DNA of 64,000 nt. Source: an uncultured virus (IMG/VR IMGVR_UViG_3300037189_025930) (taxonomy: Duplodnaviria > Heunggongvirae > Uroviricota > Caudoviricetes). The DNA is taken from the IMG/VR virus record IMGVR_UViG_3300037189_025930; one strand, written 5' to 3'. This document shows, piece after piece, positions 31,988-43,435 of this stretch. The notes below the pieces were generated by a model that was not told where the DNA came from, did not search any database, and saw only the letters and a program-made list of their open reading frames with translations. Made by a program: the position numbers and the translations under genes. Positions within the stretch are counted from its first letter, which is position 1, and each line of letters opens with the position of its first letter.

Positions 31988-33187
31988 TTATAAAATAACT
32001 CCTTCCCATTTTTCAACAGTTTTAATATTATTAATTATACTACCATCTAAACACGTTGAAACTCTAATTGGATATCTGTAACTAAATGGATGATTTTCAT
32101 ATTTTAATCCCCATGGATTAAAAGTTTCTTCTATATCATCTTCTATTTCTACTTGAGATTCAATATATGATTCAGATTTTTGTTTTAAAAATTCTAATAA
32201 TTCATCTATTGTTTTATTAGTTTTAATAGGAAATATAACATTATAACTATCCCACTCAACTCCAAAATTATCTTCATATATAAATGTATTCATTATTCAA
32301 TCCTTTTCATTAATTAATTCATCATCAAAACTTAATCTAGTATAATCATTATAATCTTTCAATTTATTAACAAAAACATTATAAATTTTAATATTTTCTT
32401 TAAAATATTTCTCAACACTTTCTACTGTTTTTTCTTTTGGATATTCAACTTTATCAAATTGATCATAAAAATCAAAATTATTTTTCTTTAAATAATTATA
32501 AAGATCCCTATAAGCTGCTATTGGTTTATCATAGTCACTAACTATCAATAATCCCCAAGAAGTTGCCCATGCAAACATATCGTTATATGTTAATATAAAA
32601 ACAATTTTATTTAACTCCTCATCCATTTCCATATCAACAAATGAACCCGTAAATTTCTCTAATTTTCTCATCTTTACTCCTGTTTTATAAAATATATTCT
32701 GGATGGTTTTTTAATAACCATTTTTTTGCTCTTGTAAAAGATCTTCTATCTAATTTTGAAATTGAATCTTGATTTTTTTTTAATTCGTACAAATTCCAAT
32801 AATTTAAAATATCTTGATTATCGTATTCAACAACATAATAATCATCAACTATTTTAAAATAACTCATATATTTTAAAAAGAAACGATCTTTAATTTTATT
32901 AAATAAAAATAAAATAAAAAACACAAGAAACAAGTTGATTCTATATATATAAATATAACTATAATCAAATTATTTTTTAATAAAGATTCTAATTGTTGAA
33001 ATAAAACTTGTCTTGATTTTACTAATTCAAGATTTTTATCTTCAATCCAACTAATATAAGTAGTTATTTTACTATCTAATTTATTTTTTTGAATAAATTG
33101 AATTGATTCAATGATTTCGTCAGCTTTTTCAATTCCTTCAAGTTGATTCAAGTAAAATTTAATTCTATTTTTTTGATCATCTGTCAT
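31988..33187 (-). CDS. four small hypothetical genes (31988, 32297, 32685, 32873)
   Basis: packed co-oriented ORFs. Confidence 0.55.
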
Positions 33188-33199
33188 TATCGTTTATCC

Positions 33200-33809
33200 T
33201 TATATAGTTTGTTCAAAAATTTCAAATTGTAATAAAATATCTTTTAAAATAATAGAATAAAAAATCTTATGTATAGGTAAAGTTTTTGCTTTATCATAAT
33301 ATAAATTAAATATTTTTTCTGTAATTGGATAACAATTTTTACTTTTCATTAAAGTTGAAATATTATCTTCAGTTAAACGTTTTTGTTTAATCGTAATACG
33401 ATCATTAAATTTTAAAAACAAATGATCTTTTAAAGAAAACAAAATAATCGTATTAACATATTTATCAGAAGCATCTACACATAAACAATAATTATATATA
33501 GTGTTCATGTATATTTAAGTATTCATCAAGAATACCCTCTTTAGATTTTTCTTTTAAAACATTAAAATTCATATTTAAAAATCTATTAAATTGATCAGTA
33601 GTTACATTAAAAATATTGATTAAATCAAAATTTTCACCTCTATCTAAACTCACGATATAATCATTAAATTGTTTAGTGTTTAATTTAGTTTTATAATCTA
33701 CTAAATTTTTTTCTCCATAATAAGCACATAAATCTTTTTCTGAATAAAGAAAAAAGAGACCTAAACTATTTTTATTAAAACCAGTTATTAAATAATAATT
33801 ATTTTCCAT
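33200..33809 (-). CDS. two small proteins of the C-terminal E-x-x-I family (33200, 33492)
   Basis: YxL N-terminus; end FEQTI and HEHYI. Confidence 0.55.
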
Positions 33810-33863
33810 AATATTTATATTAATACTATTTATAGTAAGTGATTAAACCTAAAAATAAAACAC

Positions 33864-33894
33864 GTAATTCTCTAAAACATTTTTAGAGAATTAC
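33864..33894 (-). terminator. hairpin downstream of dut
   Basis: GTAATTCTCTAAAA-cat-TTTTAGAGAATTAC. Confidence 0.6.
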
Positions 33895-33904
33895 ATTTAT
33901 ACAC

Positions 33905-34396
33905 TTAATTAATAACTATTCCAACTGGATATGAAGGAGTAGAATCAGTATCATCATTATCTTTAGAAGCCGTTAATCCGCTACTACCAAAACCACCTGC
34001 TCCTCGAGAAGTAACATCATCTATTACTCCCTCTGTGATTTCTAGAAATTCAACTCTTCTAATTATACCTTGAATTATCTTCTCACCAGCTTTAATAACT
34101 ACTTTCTTTCTCCCTAAATTAAAAAGATGAGCGTGTATTTCACCTCGATAACCTTCATCTACAACACACGCACCTCTAATTAATTTATTCTTTGTAGATC
34201 TTCCACTCTTATTCTCAAAAACTAAATCCATCCCTGGTGGTAACTTAACTTTTAATCCAAGAGGAACAAGAAAATCGCTTTTAGGTGCTATTGCAAAATC
34301 TACTGGAGAAAAAAAATCCATTCCTGAATCGTTATAATTCGCCCTTTGAGGGAGAAGAACCCCCTCCCGTAATCTTTCAAAAATTATTTTACTCAT
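33905..34396 (-). CDS. dut: trimeric dUTPase
   Basis: SGMDF, KSGRS, VVDEGYRGEI, IIQG, RGAGGFGSSG. Confidence 0.93.
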   Translation of the reverse strand: MSKIIFERLREGVLLPQRANYNDSGMDFFSPVDFAIAPKSDFLVPLGLKVKLPPGMDLVFENKSGRSTKNKLIRGACVVDEGYRGEIHAHLFNLGRKKVVIKAGEKIIQGIIRRVEFLEITEGVIDDVTSRGAGGFGSSGLTASKDNDDTDSTPSYPVGIVIN

Positions 34397-34428
34397 ATTC
34401 TATTATATAAGTAATATGTTTATAGTGT

Positions 34429-34740
34429 TTATTTCTTAAAGTCTTTTCTTTTAGCAACAAGCCGCATTAATTTCTTCTTAGAATAACGTTCTTTTTGCTT
34501 TAATCTTACTAAAACATAAGTTTTAGAACCTGGAAGTTTAACCCTTTTAAAACCAGTCCTTGGTTTTAAAGTCTTCCAGTTAGTACCTCTATGAGCCTTT
34601 TTTCGAGTTTTCTTTATTTTTCTTTTTACTGGCTTTGTTAATTTATGAGGAATAAACTTAGCACGACTTCTTTTCTGAGATTTGTTAGGAATAAATTTCT
34701 CTGCTAATATCTCTATCGACTCAAATAAATTATTTTCCAT
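34429..34740 (-). CDS. very basic protein with acidic N-terminal leader (candidate DNA-condensing head protein)
   Basis: MENNLFESIEILAE followed by K/R-rich body. Confidence 0.5.
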   Translation of the reverse strand: MENNLFESIEILAEKFIPNKSQKRSRAKFIPHKLTKPVKRKIKKTRKKAHRGTNWKTLKPRTGFKRVKLPGSKTYVLVRLKQKERYSKKKLMRLVAKRKDFKK

Positions 34741-34745
34741 ATAAA

Positions 34746-35048
34746 TTAATCTGAAAGACCTTCGCTTTTTAGATATGCTTCTGCTCCTGTAGAATATTTA
34801 ATTCTTTCTTTAGAAAATTTATCGTGAGTTAAATATAATTCTAACATATCTGCTTTTTGTGAAACATCTAATAAATCCCAGGCTTCATTTAATGAATTTT
34901 CATTTGTTTTTATATGATCAGCTATTTTTCCATCTGGACCACAAGATAAAGCATCAAGAATAGAAAATATATCTCCTTTTCTACTATATCCTTTTTCACT
35001 CTCATTAAAATTTTCTATTTTATTTAAATAATCTTTAAATGTTTTCAT
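34746..35048 (-). CDS. candidate internal head protein
   Basis: MKTFKDYLNKIENFNE resembles the T4 capsid-targeting sequence. Confidence 0.5.
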   Translation of the reverse strand: MKTFKDYLNKIENFNESEKGYSRKGDIFSILDALSCGPDGKIADHIKTNENSLNEAWDLLDVSQKADMLELYLTHDKFSKERIKYSTGAEAYLKSEGLSD

Positions 35049-35112
35049 GTTTTTAATTCCTACATATTAAAATTATATTATTTTATATCTTTTCTTTTTA
35101 TATCAAACATTT

Positions 35113-35763
35113 TTATTTATTTATTCTATCTATAATTTCTTTATCTGTTAAAGGTTTATTAGTAAAATCGTCTACATCTAAATCAAATTTATTTTTTGTT
35201 TGTTTCTTTAAAGCTTTAAATAATTCAAGTTTAGATTTATCATTTACTTTTTTTCCTTCAACTCCTTTTATTGTACTATTAATTAATTTACTTGTTAACA
35301 TTATAGAGATATTTTGTTTTTCACTAGAATTTAATTCTTTATCGCTAAAAAAAGCAACATAAGAAAATTTATTTTTTAACTCTTTTAAATCATTACCTAA
35401 TTCTTTTTCCTGTAATTCAAAAGAAAATAATCTAATATAATCCATGGTACTTAGTAAATCTATCTTAACTTTTCTTTTTCCTTCAAATTTTTGAAAAAGA
35501 GTTAAAGATTCTTCTTCATTGTCAATTATTAAAAAAATATCTAATTTATTTAATAAATCTTTTAATTCATTTAAAGTTGCTCTGACTTTAATTGAAGATA
35601 AATGTTTATTATGAATCACGCTATCAACTTTTTTATTTGGAAGATTTATACTCAAAGTATAGTATAATTCTGTTTTTAAATTAACGGGTTCGTTTTGAAA
35701 TGTAATCGCTTGTTGATTTCCTCTAAATTTATTTAATTTATCTAAATAATCAATTAGTTTCAT
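35113..35763 (-). CDS. hypothetical protein (possible head protein)
   Basis: MKLIDYL N-terminus. Confidence 0.5.
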   Translation of the reverse strand: MKLIDYLDKLNKFRGNQQAITFQNEPVNLKTELYYTLSINLPNKKVDSVIHNKHLSSIKVRATLNELKDLLNKLDIFLIIDNEEESLTLFQKFEGKRKVKIDLLSTMDYIRLFSFELQEKELGNDLKELKNKFSYVAFFSDKELNSSEKQNISIMLTSKLINSTIKGVEGKKVNDKSKLELFKALKKQTKNKFDLDVDDFTNKPLTDKEIIDRINK

Positions 35764-35764
35764 A

Positions 35765-36070
35765 TTAATATCTTCTTCTCATATACAATTTTGGTGATTT
35801 ATAATAACTCTTTCTTAAATAAGTTGCTTTACCTAGAGCACGACCTAATTTTTTTTTAGCCAATCTTTGTGCTGGTGTTTGACGAACTCTTATGTAACGA
35901 TTAGTATCAGGAATCCTTAATCTAAGATAACCTTTAATTTTTTTTACTTTTAAAAAATTAGTTCTTCGATTTCTTCTTAAATTCTTAAAAAATAATTTCC
36001 TTCTAGCAGGAACAGATCTTTTAAAAAAGAAAAACTCAAAGATTTCACCAAGATTAGCTGATTCTTCCAT
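35765..36070 (-). CDS. very basic protein, paralogue-like to 34429..34740
   Basis: KGYLRLRIPDTNRYIRVR versus TGFKRVKLPGSKTYVLVR. Confidence 0.55.
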   Translation of the reverse strand: MEESANLGEIFEFFFFKRSVPARRKLFFKNLRRNRRTNFLKVKKIKGYLRLRIPDTNRYIRVRQTPAQRLAKKKLGRALGKATYLRKSYYKSPKLYMRRRY

Positions 36071-36112
36071 AAAATATTTTTAATTTTTTACAATAAAAAA
36101 TATTATTTTTTT

Positions 36113-38884
36113 TTAAATTAAATGTTCTTCTAAAGAAAAACGTTTTAAAAAATCAACTTTTTTAATTTTAAATATCTTATCAACTTTAAGGTTATAAATC
36201 TTTTTAAACAACTCATCAGTTATTTTAATATGATATTTCTTTGCATTATCTATTTCATAATTATTAGTAGATGTATTTATAAAAAGTTTATCTTTAACTT
36301 TTATATTATTTAAAGAATCGTCAATAGTAGATAATAAAAAATCATGACAAACATAATATTTATTATTATCAAAATCTAATAAAACAAGAGTTGAAATATT
36401 ATCTGCACTAGGTGAATTAATTATTTTATAAAAAACAACATCAGTTTCCGCATCCGTAGAAATATATAAACCTTTCATATAATCAATTCATGTAAATTAA
36501 ATAACTTTAATAAATTATTGATATAATATTGTTTAAAAATAATTAATTTAGTATCTAATAATTTTAAAAAAATTTCTTCTGAAATATAATCAAAAGAACC
36601 ATAATAAATATTATCTTCTTCATAACTTACTTTAGTTTCAATTAATTTTAAATTAAGATCTCCATTATTAGTAGCATCATATTTATAATAACAATAATTA
36701 TCAAAATCAATAACATTTAAAATTAATATGTTTTTCTCATTGTGACCCCAAATATTAGGAAAAGGTACAATATCAATTCCTTTCATATTAGTACCTCTTC
36801 TATGCCATATTTAATAAAAAAATCTTTAATCGTTAAATCTTTAAGATCAGATGTTTGTAATCCTCTTAATCTTTGATATTGAGATTCATTCAATTCATAA
36901 ATATCATCTATAAAATATCTAAGTAAAGAGTCAATCCCTGGATTATCATCCGAAAAAACCAAGAAACGATCAATAATATTTCTTTCCTCTTTAATAAGAA
37001 GAAATTTTTTGCCTTGTATCATATTACGAGTTCTGAAAATCCGTTCTCCGCAAAAAAATCTGTCTTATTTATTTTCTTAACATCTTTATAAGTTAAGTGT
37101 TTTATTTTTTGATATTGAGATTCATCCAGCTGATAAACGTAATTACTTAAAATAATTACGGGTAAATTTGCTGTGATATTACTATCATCAATAATCATGA
37201 ACTCTGAAATTTTATCATTGTTCTTCCCATTAACTTTGTCACCTTGTTCTTCTTTAGAAGTAATAAAAAGGTAATATTTTCCCATGTTGTTTTCTCCTGT
37301 TTTTTAAATAACTAATTCATATAAACCTAAATAAATTAATATTTCATTATCGTTCGTATCATACTTAAATTCTCTTGGAAAGAAATAATTTTTTAATAAT
37401 CTTTCATAATCTTTCTGATTAATTATATACTGATTTGGTTTTCGTATGTGACTATCCTTTGATTTTAAATGACTAATTATATCTACATATCGACCAATAA
37501 AATTTTGTTCAATTTTAATAAAATAAATCCTTTCTTCTTTCATATTATTAATTCGTATAATCCTAAGAGATTTAAAATTTCCTCATTAGTACATATATAA
37601 TACATATCCAATGGAAAACGATATTTCTTTTTTAAATTCTCATAATCAAATTTAGAGATTTTATAATGAGAAGCAGCTATAAATAAAACGCTTGTTCTAT
37701 AATTTCTAACATCAACAATCGTACTATTATTAAAATCTTGAATCATAAGATAATAATTATTTTCATCACTTATCATATGGCTCTTTCAAAAATACCACCA
37801 TTAATAAGAAAATCATTTTTATCTAAATCGTAAATTCTATTCATTTTCATTTTTAAACAATCATTAAAAAAATCTTCACTAATTTGAAAAGAATCTTTTA
37901 ATGAATTATTTATATAATCACTTCCTTTATTAATATAGTGATAACTATTTTCTAAATTAGCATTTTCATTTCTGATATAATAAAGCTTATTAAAATCTAA
38001 ATCAAATAAAATTAAATCTCCAATACAATTACTTTCTGGTTCATTCTCAATCTCACATACTGCTTTTATATACATCCTCTTCATATCAACCACTCCTCAT
38101 CGCCATAAAACTTATAATTAGAATATTGACTTAAACTATCACCGTAAATATTTGGTGAATCTTCTCCAGAATTTTCTGAAACTGGATACCATCGATCGTT
38201 ACAACAAGAACAATCTAACTTTTTACGAACACCATTAAAATAAACGCCAATCTCTTGAGCTTTAGAATTAGCCTCATCAGCATTTTTAGCTTGAATAATC
38301 ACATATTCATCTATCTTGTCATTTTTAATAAAATATCCACCAGGATTACTCTGGTGAAAAGTATAAAACTTCATCTTCTTTCCCCTTTCATAACATGAAT
38401 TCTTGTAACTCTAAATCAAATAAAATATCTCTTTTAGTATATCCTTCATAAGAAGAATCTTCTGCTGGTATCTTCTTTAATCGAACGTATGAATCGCAAT
38501 TAATCTCTAAACAATCACTATAGAAAGAAGAATATTTAGGATTAACTTCATGTAAAACAAAAAATCGAATTCCTGCTTTAGTATCACATATCTCTATAAA
38601 AAACTTATTCATATTAGCATCTCTTCCATATTCAAATAAATATATAAATCTACTTTAGTGGTGTTCTTTTTTAATGGAAAAAGACGAATCTTATGGTAAG
38701 TTCCCTCATCAATCTCCTTAAAGTCTCTCCAAGAAAGTTCACTTTTATTATAAGAAGTCCACCTCTTAGTAATGTCCCAACACATAATGATATAATTAAT
38801 TTCCTCTCCATCGTCGCTATCTATTAAAACTATAGATATAACATTATTACCATAATTATTAACTTTATAGTAGTAATTCATCAC
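36113..38884 (-). CDS. tandem run of ten small genes (36113, 36475, 36783, 37019, 37304, 37540, 37773, 38081, 38388, 38609) ending in E-x-x-[IL]
   Basis: mostly ATGA-coupled; shared C-terminal motif; 38081 has a different body (QSNPGGYF...CSCCNDRW). Confidence 0.7.
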
Positions 38885-39869
38885 GTGACTCTAAATAAAC
38901 TTTATTCATATTGCTAATAGAACTCATAAATCTTTCTGTAGCAGGAAATTTTTCTTTAGCTTCCATCTCTACATCCCATCCTCGCTCTAAGTAATACATC
39001 ATCTTCCAATTCTCTGAATCATAAAAGAAATCGCTATGAGCACAAGCTTCTCCTCGAATAGATCCTACATGTAAACGATTAGAGAGATGCATCGTTGGAA
39101 CTAATCCAACTTTATCCCTCCACTTACTCTCAATAAAACTATTTTGATCATCTCCCAAAACTCTGAAAAAATAATCTTGTCCATTAAAAGTCCTGTGGAC
39201 AGCTTCGTGATGAATATCGTAACAAACTAAACAATCTACCTTAGCCGATACATCTAGTATCGTCGAAATCGAAGAACTCTTCTCGTCATTCTCTAAAGAT
39301 AAAACTCGCTTCATCCGATCCGATAAATAATTTTGATACGTATTAACCATCCGATCTGGCGATCCTTCGTCTTTACCAGAAAGATGAACGTTAATGGAAA
39401 ATGGCAATCCAAATGGCTCCATAAAATCGTAGTGATACTCTAACTCATTAATGGAATTTTGCACGACTCTAGGATCCTTAGAATTAGGTACACAGAACTG
39501 TCCAGGGTGAGTAACGATCCTAAAATTTGGATCTCTCAATTTAACCCTATCACCAATAACCCTTATCATTGCCACAATTTGAGGATACTTATCCTTCCAA
39601 AAAGAATTAATCTCGGGATCATCTAAAGTTGCGAGGGGAAAGAGAGAAGAAGAAATTCTAAAAAAATGAAAGTGATCGTCTTTATCGCATAATATATCTA
39701 AAGCCTCTCCCGTCTTTCTAATATTACTCTCCCATATCTCCCATAATCGACCATAATCTCGATTCTTGAGAAAAGAAGTCTTTGTCGTAGACCGATAACC
39801 AAAGTCAGAATCAATCATACAACAAGTACCTAACCTAAATCGAACCATATCTTTAAAACTCAGCAGCAA
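38865..39869 (-). CDS. uvsE: UV-damage endonuclease (UvsE/UvdE family)
   Basis: FFRISSSLFP, THPGQFCVPNS, ELEYH, INVH, LENDE, YDIHH, HSDF, EMEAKEK. Confidence 0.9.
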   Translation of the reverse strand: MLLSFKDMVRFRLGTCCMIDSDFGYRSTTKTSFLKNRDYGRLWEIWESNIRKTGEALDILCDKDDHFHFFRISSSLFPLATLDDPEINSFWKDKYPQIVAMIRVIGDRVKLRDPNFRIVTHPGQFCVPNSKDPRVVQNSINELEYHYDFMEPFGLPFSINVHLSGKDEGSPDRMVNTYQNYLSDRMKRVLSLENDEKSSSISTILDVSAKVDCLVCYDIHHEAVHRTFNGQDYFFRVLGDDQNSFIESKWRDKVGLVPTMHLSNRLHVGSIRGEACAHSDFFYDSENWKMMYYLERGWDVEMEAKEKFPATERFMSSISNMNKVYLESRDELLL

Positions 39870-40176
39870 TTCGACTTTTAATCTTAAAAGTAAAATTACC
39901 CTTTAACTTAGGTCCACTAAAAACTATCCCCTCACGAATCTTTTTTTCTTCCCACTCCTTAACACGAGATCGTCGAGAACTCTTCAATCGACCAGAAATA
40001 TCAATAGAACAAAATTTTCGATAATCTAAAAATTCCTCAATAGAAATCGTTTCGTAACCAGCCAGTCGTCTCTTGTAATTATGACAGTGATAAGAATTCA
40101 TCAACTTATTCCGATCTCGATATCCCTTCATCTGTAAATTGTACTCTTCCTTAGTTTTCTTCTTACTTCTTTTCAT
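39853..40176 (-). CDS. basic hypothetical protein
   Basis: AAGGAG RBS; downstream of the promoter at about 40200-40235. Confidence 0.6.
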   Translation of the reverse strand: MKRSKKKTKEEYNLQMKGYRDRNKLMNSYHCHNYKRRLAGYETISIEEFLDYRKFCSIDISGRLKSSRRSRVKEWEEKKIREGIVFSGPKLKGNFTFKIKSRIAAEF

Positions 40177-40304
40177 ACTATTCTCCTTACATAATTCTAT
40201 TCTATACTACTAAGAAATAAGTGTTTAAACCTAAAAGTATATCCAACTAGAATAGAAAACAGAAAAAATAGACTCCATAGAATCAGTTTAAATCACTAAA
40301 TCAC

Positions 40305-41045
40305 TCAAAAATACGCATCGATTAGATATAGCCTATTTTTAAGCCCAGCCTACTGGTATATTTTGCATATAAATAGATAGTATAGAATAGAATAAAAAAA
40401 CCAAAAAAAAGACTCCATAGAATCAGTTTAGATTTTGAAATCACCAAAAAACGTGCTCCGGTTAGATATAGCCTATTTTTAGTCCCAGCCTACTGGTATA
40501 TTTCCTATATATTTTTTTCTTGGAATCACTCCATAATATAGAATAAATTAAAATGATTACCATTTGTAAATCCCCGAAAAATACGCTTGGGTTAGATATA
40601 GCCGAATTTTGAGCCCAGCCTACTGGTATATTTTGCCTATATTTTTTATAATAATTTGTAGTAGTAGAATCGTTTATAGTTTTAGAATCATTAAAATAGT
40701 AGAATCGTTTATAGTTTTAAAATCCTGAGAAAATATGCTTGGGTCTAATATAGCCTATTTTTAGTCCCAGCCTACTGGTATATTTCGTAGTATAGAATAA
40801 GATTAAAAAATTAGAATCAGTTTATAATTAGTTTATAGTAGTGAAATCAGTTTATAGTTTAGAATCATGAAAAAATACGCTTAGGTCTAATATAGCCTAT
40901 TTTTAGTCCCAGCCTACTGGTATATTTTGCATATATTTTTTTTAGGATTATCGTTCCTTATGAATTTTAGAATCATTCAAAAATACGCTTGGGTCTAATA
41001 TAGCCGAAAAATGAGCCCAGCCTACTGGTATATTTTGCCTATATT
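40305..41045. repeat. six-copy non-coding direct repeat of about 60 bp
   Basis: invariant core CCCAGCCTACTGGTATATTT at 40344, 40484, 40614, 40766, 40908, 41016, preceded by ATATAGCC. Confidence 0.95.
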
Positions 41046-41131
41046 TTTTATATAGTTTTTAGGTTTTTTATTATATTAGATTTTATTAATTTAGTGTTTT
41101 TAATTTTTGGGATTTTTAAAAAAACTAAAAA

Positions 41132-41159
41132 AAAAGTAGAGTCTTACGACTCTACTTTT
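41132..41159 (-). terminator. intrinsic terminator
   Basis: AAAAGTAGAGTC-ttac-GACTCTACTTTT. Confidence 0.8.
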
Positions 41160-41167
41160 GGGATTTA

Positions 41168-41695
41168 TTATACTTCTTTCCAAATATTTATTTTTTCTTT
41201 GTAAGAATATTTAGAGAAGAAATTTTCAAGATTTTCTAAATTTTCTTGTATTTCGTAAAATAATTCAAATATTTTTTTTGTATTTCTAATTACGAAGAAA
41301 TTTTCGGGATTTTGAATAGACTGAAATTTATATACAGGCCATTCTTGAATATTTCTAGTAATAGAGAATTGGGATTTTACTAAATTTTGAATACTTTTCA
41401 TATTGGGTTGAGAAATATTTGAGTATTCTCTTTTTTCGGGATTTACAAAATTCTTTTTAGTTACAGAATTAAAAATATCTAAAAATTCTTTTGGGTTTTC
41501 ACAAATATATTCTAATCCGCGATTATATATTTCTTGTAATAAATATTTTTGGGATTCTTCGATTGTAGAAAATTCTTTATCGCCGATTTTGTAAGTAATT
41601 TGAATATTCATAGTATTCTCTCTATTATTTTTATTTGAAAAGAAATTTTCAGAAATTTTATTTTCTTTTTTTATTTCTAAATTTTCTCTTTTCAT
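41168..41695 (-). CDS. KVGDKE/WPVY family protein (SD-led start 41611)
   Basis: YKIGDKEFSTIEE and WPVY motifs. Confidence 0.8.
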   Translation of the reverse strand: MKRENLEIKKENKISENFFSNKNNRENTMNIQITYKIGDKEFSTIEESQKYLLQEIYNRGLEYICENPKEFLDIFNSVTKKNFVNPEKREYSNISQPNMKSIQNLVKSQFSITRNIQEWPVYKFQSIQNPENFFVIRNTKKIFELFYEIQENLENLENFFSKYSYKEKINIWKEV

Positions 41696-41864
41696 ACTAC
41701 TAATATATAATTTTTTTAAGTAATAGAAAAAACCTGAAAATTTTACTATTTGAATTTTTTAACTATATTTTAGGTTTTTTCTTTTGTATCTAAATGTTAT
41801 ATATTATCAGTATGAAAAGAAAAAATAAACACTTTTCAAATACAAAAAAAAGAGAGAACAGAAT

Positions 41865-42293
41865 ATGAACATAGAAAACAGTTACAAAGTCGGTGATAAG
41901 ACTTTCACAAACCTAAAAGATGCTCAGAAGTATATAATTGAAATCATGTACTCTAATGGATTAGATTGGATCTTAGAGAATCCCACAGATTTTTCAGAAG
42001 CTTTATTTCAATATAAAGAAGTTAAGCCCGTAAGAAAATCAAGTCCAGTACAGAAATCAGTTATTAATCCTGGAGCAAAAGGAGATTTAGCGGGGATTGT
42101 AGAACTCCTTAAAACAAAATACTCTGTAAAAAGAGATGCTACCCATTGGCCAGTATATCACTTTGATGGTATCGGAGAAAATGGATCTTTTTCGATAAGA
42201 TTTATTGGAAAAGTGTGGGAGCTTTATAATTTAGTTGCAGAAAATCTTGAAAATATTGAAGTTACTTTAGACAAATATAAAGTTAATAAATAA
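41865..42293 (+). CDS. KVGDKE/WPVY family protein
   Basis: YKVGDKTF, HWPVY, FSIRFIGKVWEL. Confidence 0.85.
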   Translation: MNIENSYKVGDKTFTNLKDAQKYIIEIMYSNGLDWILENPTDFSEALFQYKEVKPVRKSSPVQKSVINPGAKGDLAGIVELLKTKYSVKRDATHWPVYHFDGIGENGSFSIRFIGKVWELYNLVAENLENIEVTLDKYKVNK

Positions 42294-42300
42294 AATCTTG

Positions 42301-42330
42301 AAAAAATAGAATCTTCGGATTCTATTTTTT
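42301..42330 (+). terminator. intrinsic terminator, UUCG loop
   Basis: AATAGAATC-ttcg-GATTCTATT followed by T-run. Confidence 0.85.
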
Positions 42331-42410
42331 TTAATTCATTCAAAATTTTTGGGATTTGTAAAAAAAATAAAAAAAAAGTAGAATCTTTTAGGTTCTACTT
42401 TTTTAATCTT

Positions 42411-42686
42411 CTAGGTTATCTTGACCCTAGTGACTTTAATTTCCAACCTCTTAGAGGTGACCTTAGTTGTCCAGTGATACGCTGATTTATAACCAGTTCG
42501 GGAGAATGTTAGTGATTTAAAATCATACAAGGTAAGAGAATTAAAGAGTGCAATTCTGATGTCTCTCTGAAAAGTCAGCGCTAATCTTCTTGTAGGGAAT
42601 TCTAAGAAGAATGTTTTTATGGTTTCTCTTTTATTAGAGAACCTCTCAGTATTCAATTTTTTGAATTTTATTTTTTTTCTTTTCAT
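42411..42686 (-). CDS. cassette hypothetical protein (internal start appears as ATA)
   Basis: own promoter and terminator; GAGAAACC-ATA where other cassettes have SD-ATG. Confidence 0.6.
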   Translation of the reverse strand: MKRKKIKFKKLNTERFSNKRETIKTFFLEFPTRRLALTFQRDIRIALFNSLTLYDFKSLTFSRTGYKSAYHWTTKVTSKRLEIKVTRVKIT

Positions 42687-42846
42687 AGTAAAAATATAAT
42701 TCTTTTTTATTTTATTTTAAAAACCTAAAAATTTTGTATTATTTATTTCTTATTTTTTAGGTTTTTTTGTTTATATAAAAATTTTTGGGATTTGTAAAAA
42801 AAATAAAAAAAAAGTAGAATCTAAAAGATTCTACTTTTTAGGATTA

Positions 42847-43323
42847 TTATTCGGTGTCTAGAGGTATTCCGTATCCTCTTAGAACATCTATGTCACTTTC
42901 TACAACGAGGTTATAAAGACTTTCGACCCCATATACATACCTTATGATAAAGAAGTCGCTGCTGGTGGATACGAAGTACATCGATGGTGCATATAAGGAA
43001 TGTACTGATTCTCCTTTTCTATATGGATTGATTTCAGCGTTCCTCTCAAGGTGTTTATTGAGGTCTTCAAGTGTTTTACCTGTTCTACGAGGTTCTGGTA
43101 CTAGAACTCTAAGGTTGCCGATTAATTCTTCCATGTTTTCGACGATATAATCCACACCGCATTGAGTGATTAGTTCTACGATTTGAGCAGCTGTTTCTTT
43201 GTTATACTGATCTAGAGTTTCAGCGTTTTGAGGTTTTATATTATAAGTGATCATTTGATCTCCAAGTATTTTATTTGAAAAGAAATTTAAAATATTTTTT
43301 AGTAGTAAATTTTTTCTTTTCAT
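42847..43323 (-). CDS. diverged WPVY-family protein (SD-led start 43254)
   Basis: GVDYIVENMEELIGNL, GKTLEDLNKHLE, FIIRY. Confidence 0.75.
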   Translation of the reverse strand: MKRKNLLLKNILNFFSNKILGDQMITYNIKPQNAETLDQYNKETAAQIVELITQCGVDYIVENMEELIGNLRVLVPEPRRTGKTLEDLNKHLERNAEINPYRKGESVHSLYAPSMYFVSTSSDFFIIRYVYGVESLYNLVVESDIDVLRGYGIPLDTE

Positions 43324-43435
43324 AGTAGAATAATATTCTTTTTTTATTTATTTAAAAAAACCTAAAAATTCTATAATATTTATTTCTTAGTTTTTAGGTT
43401 TTTTTTATTATTTAGAAAAATTATATATTACTATT

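Noticed and set aside
40305..41045. CRISPR array
   Set aside because: Repeat is about 60 bp and degenerate, linkers vary widely in length and share sub-repeats instead of being unique spacers, and no cas genes are present.
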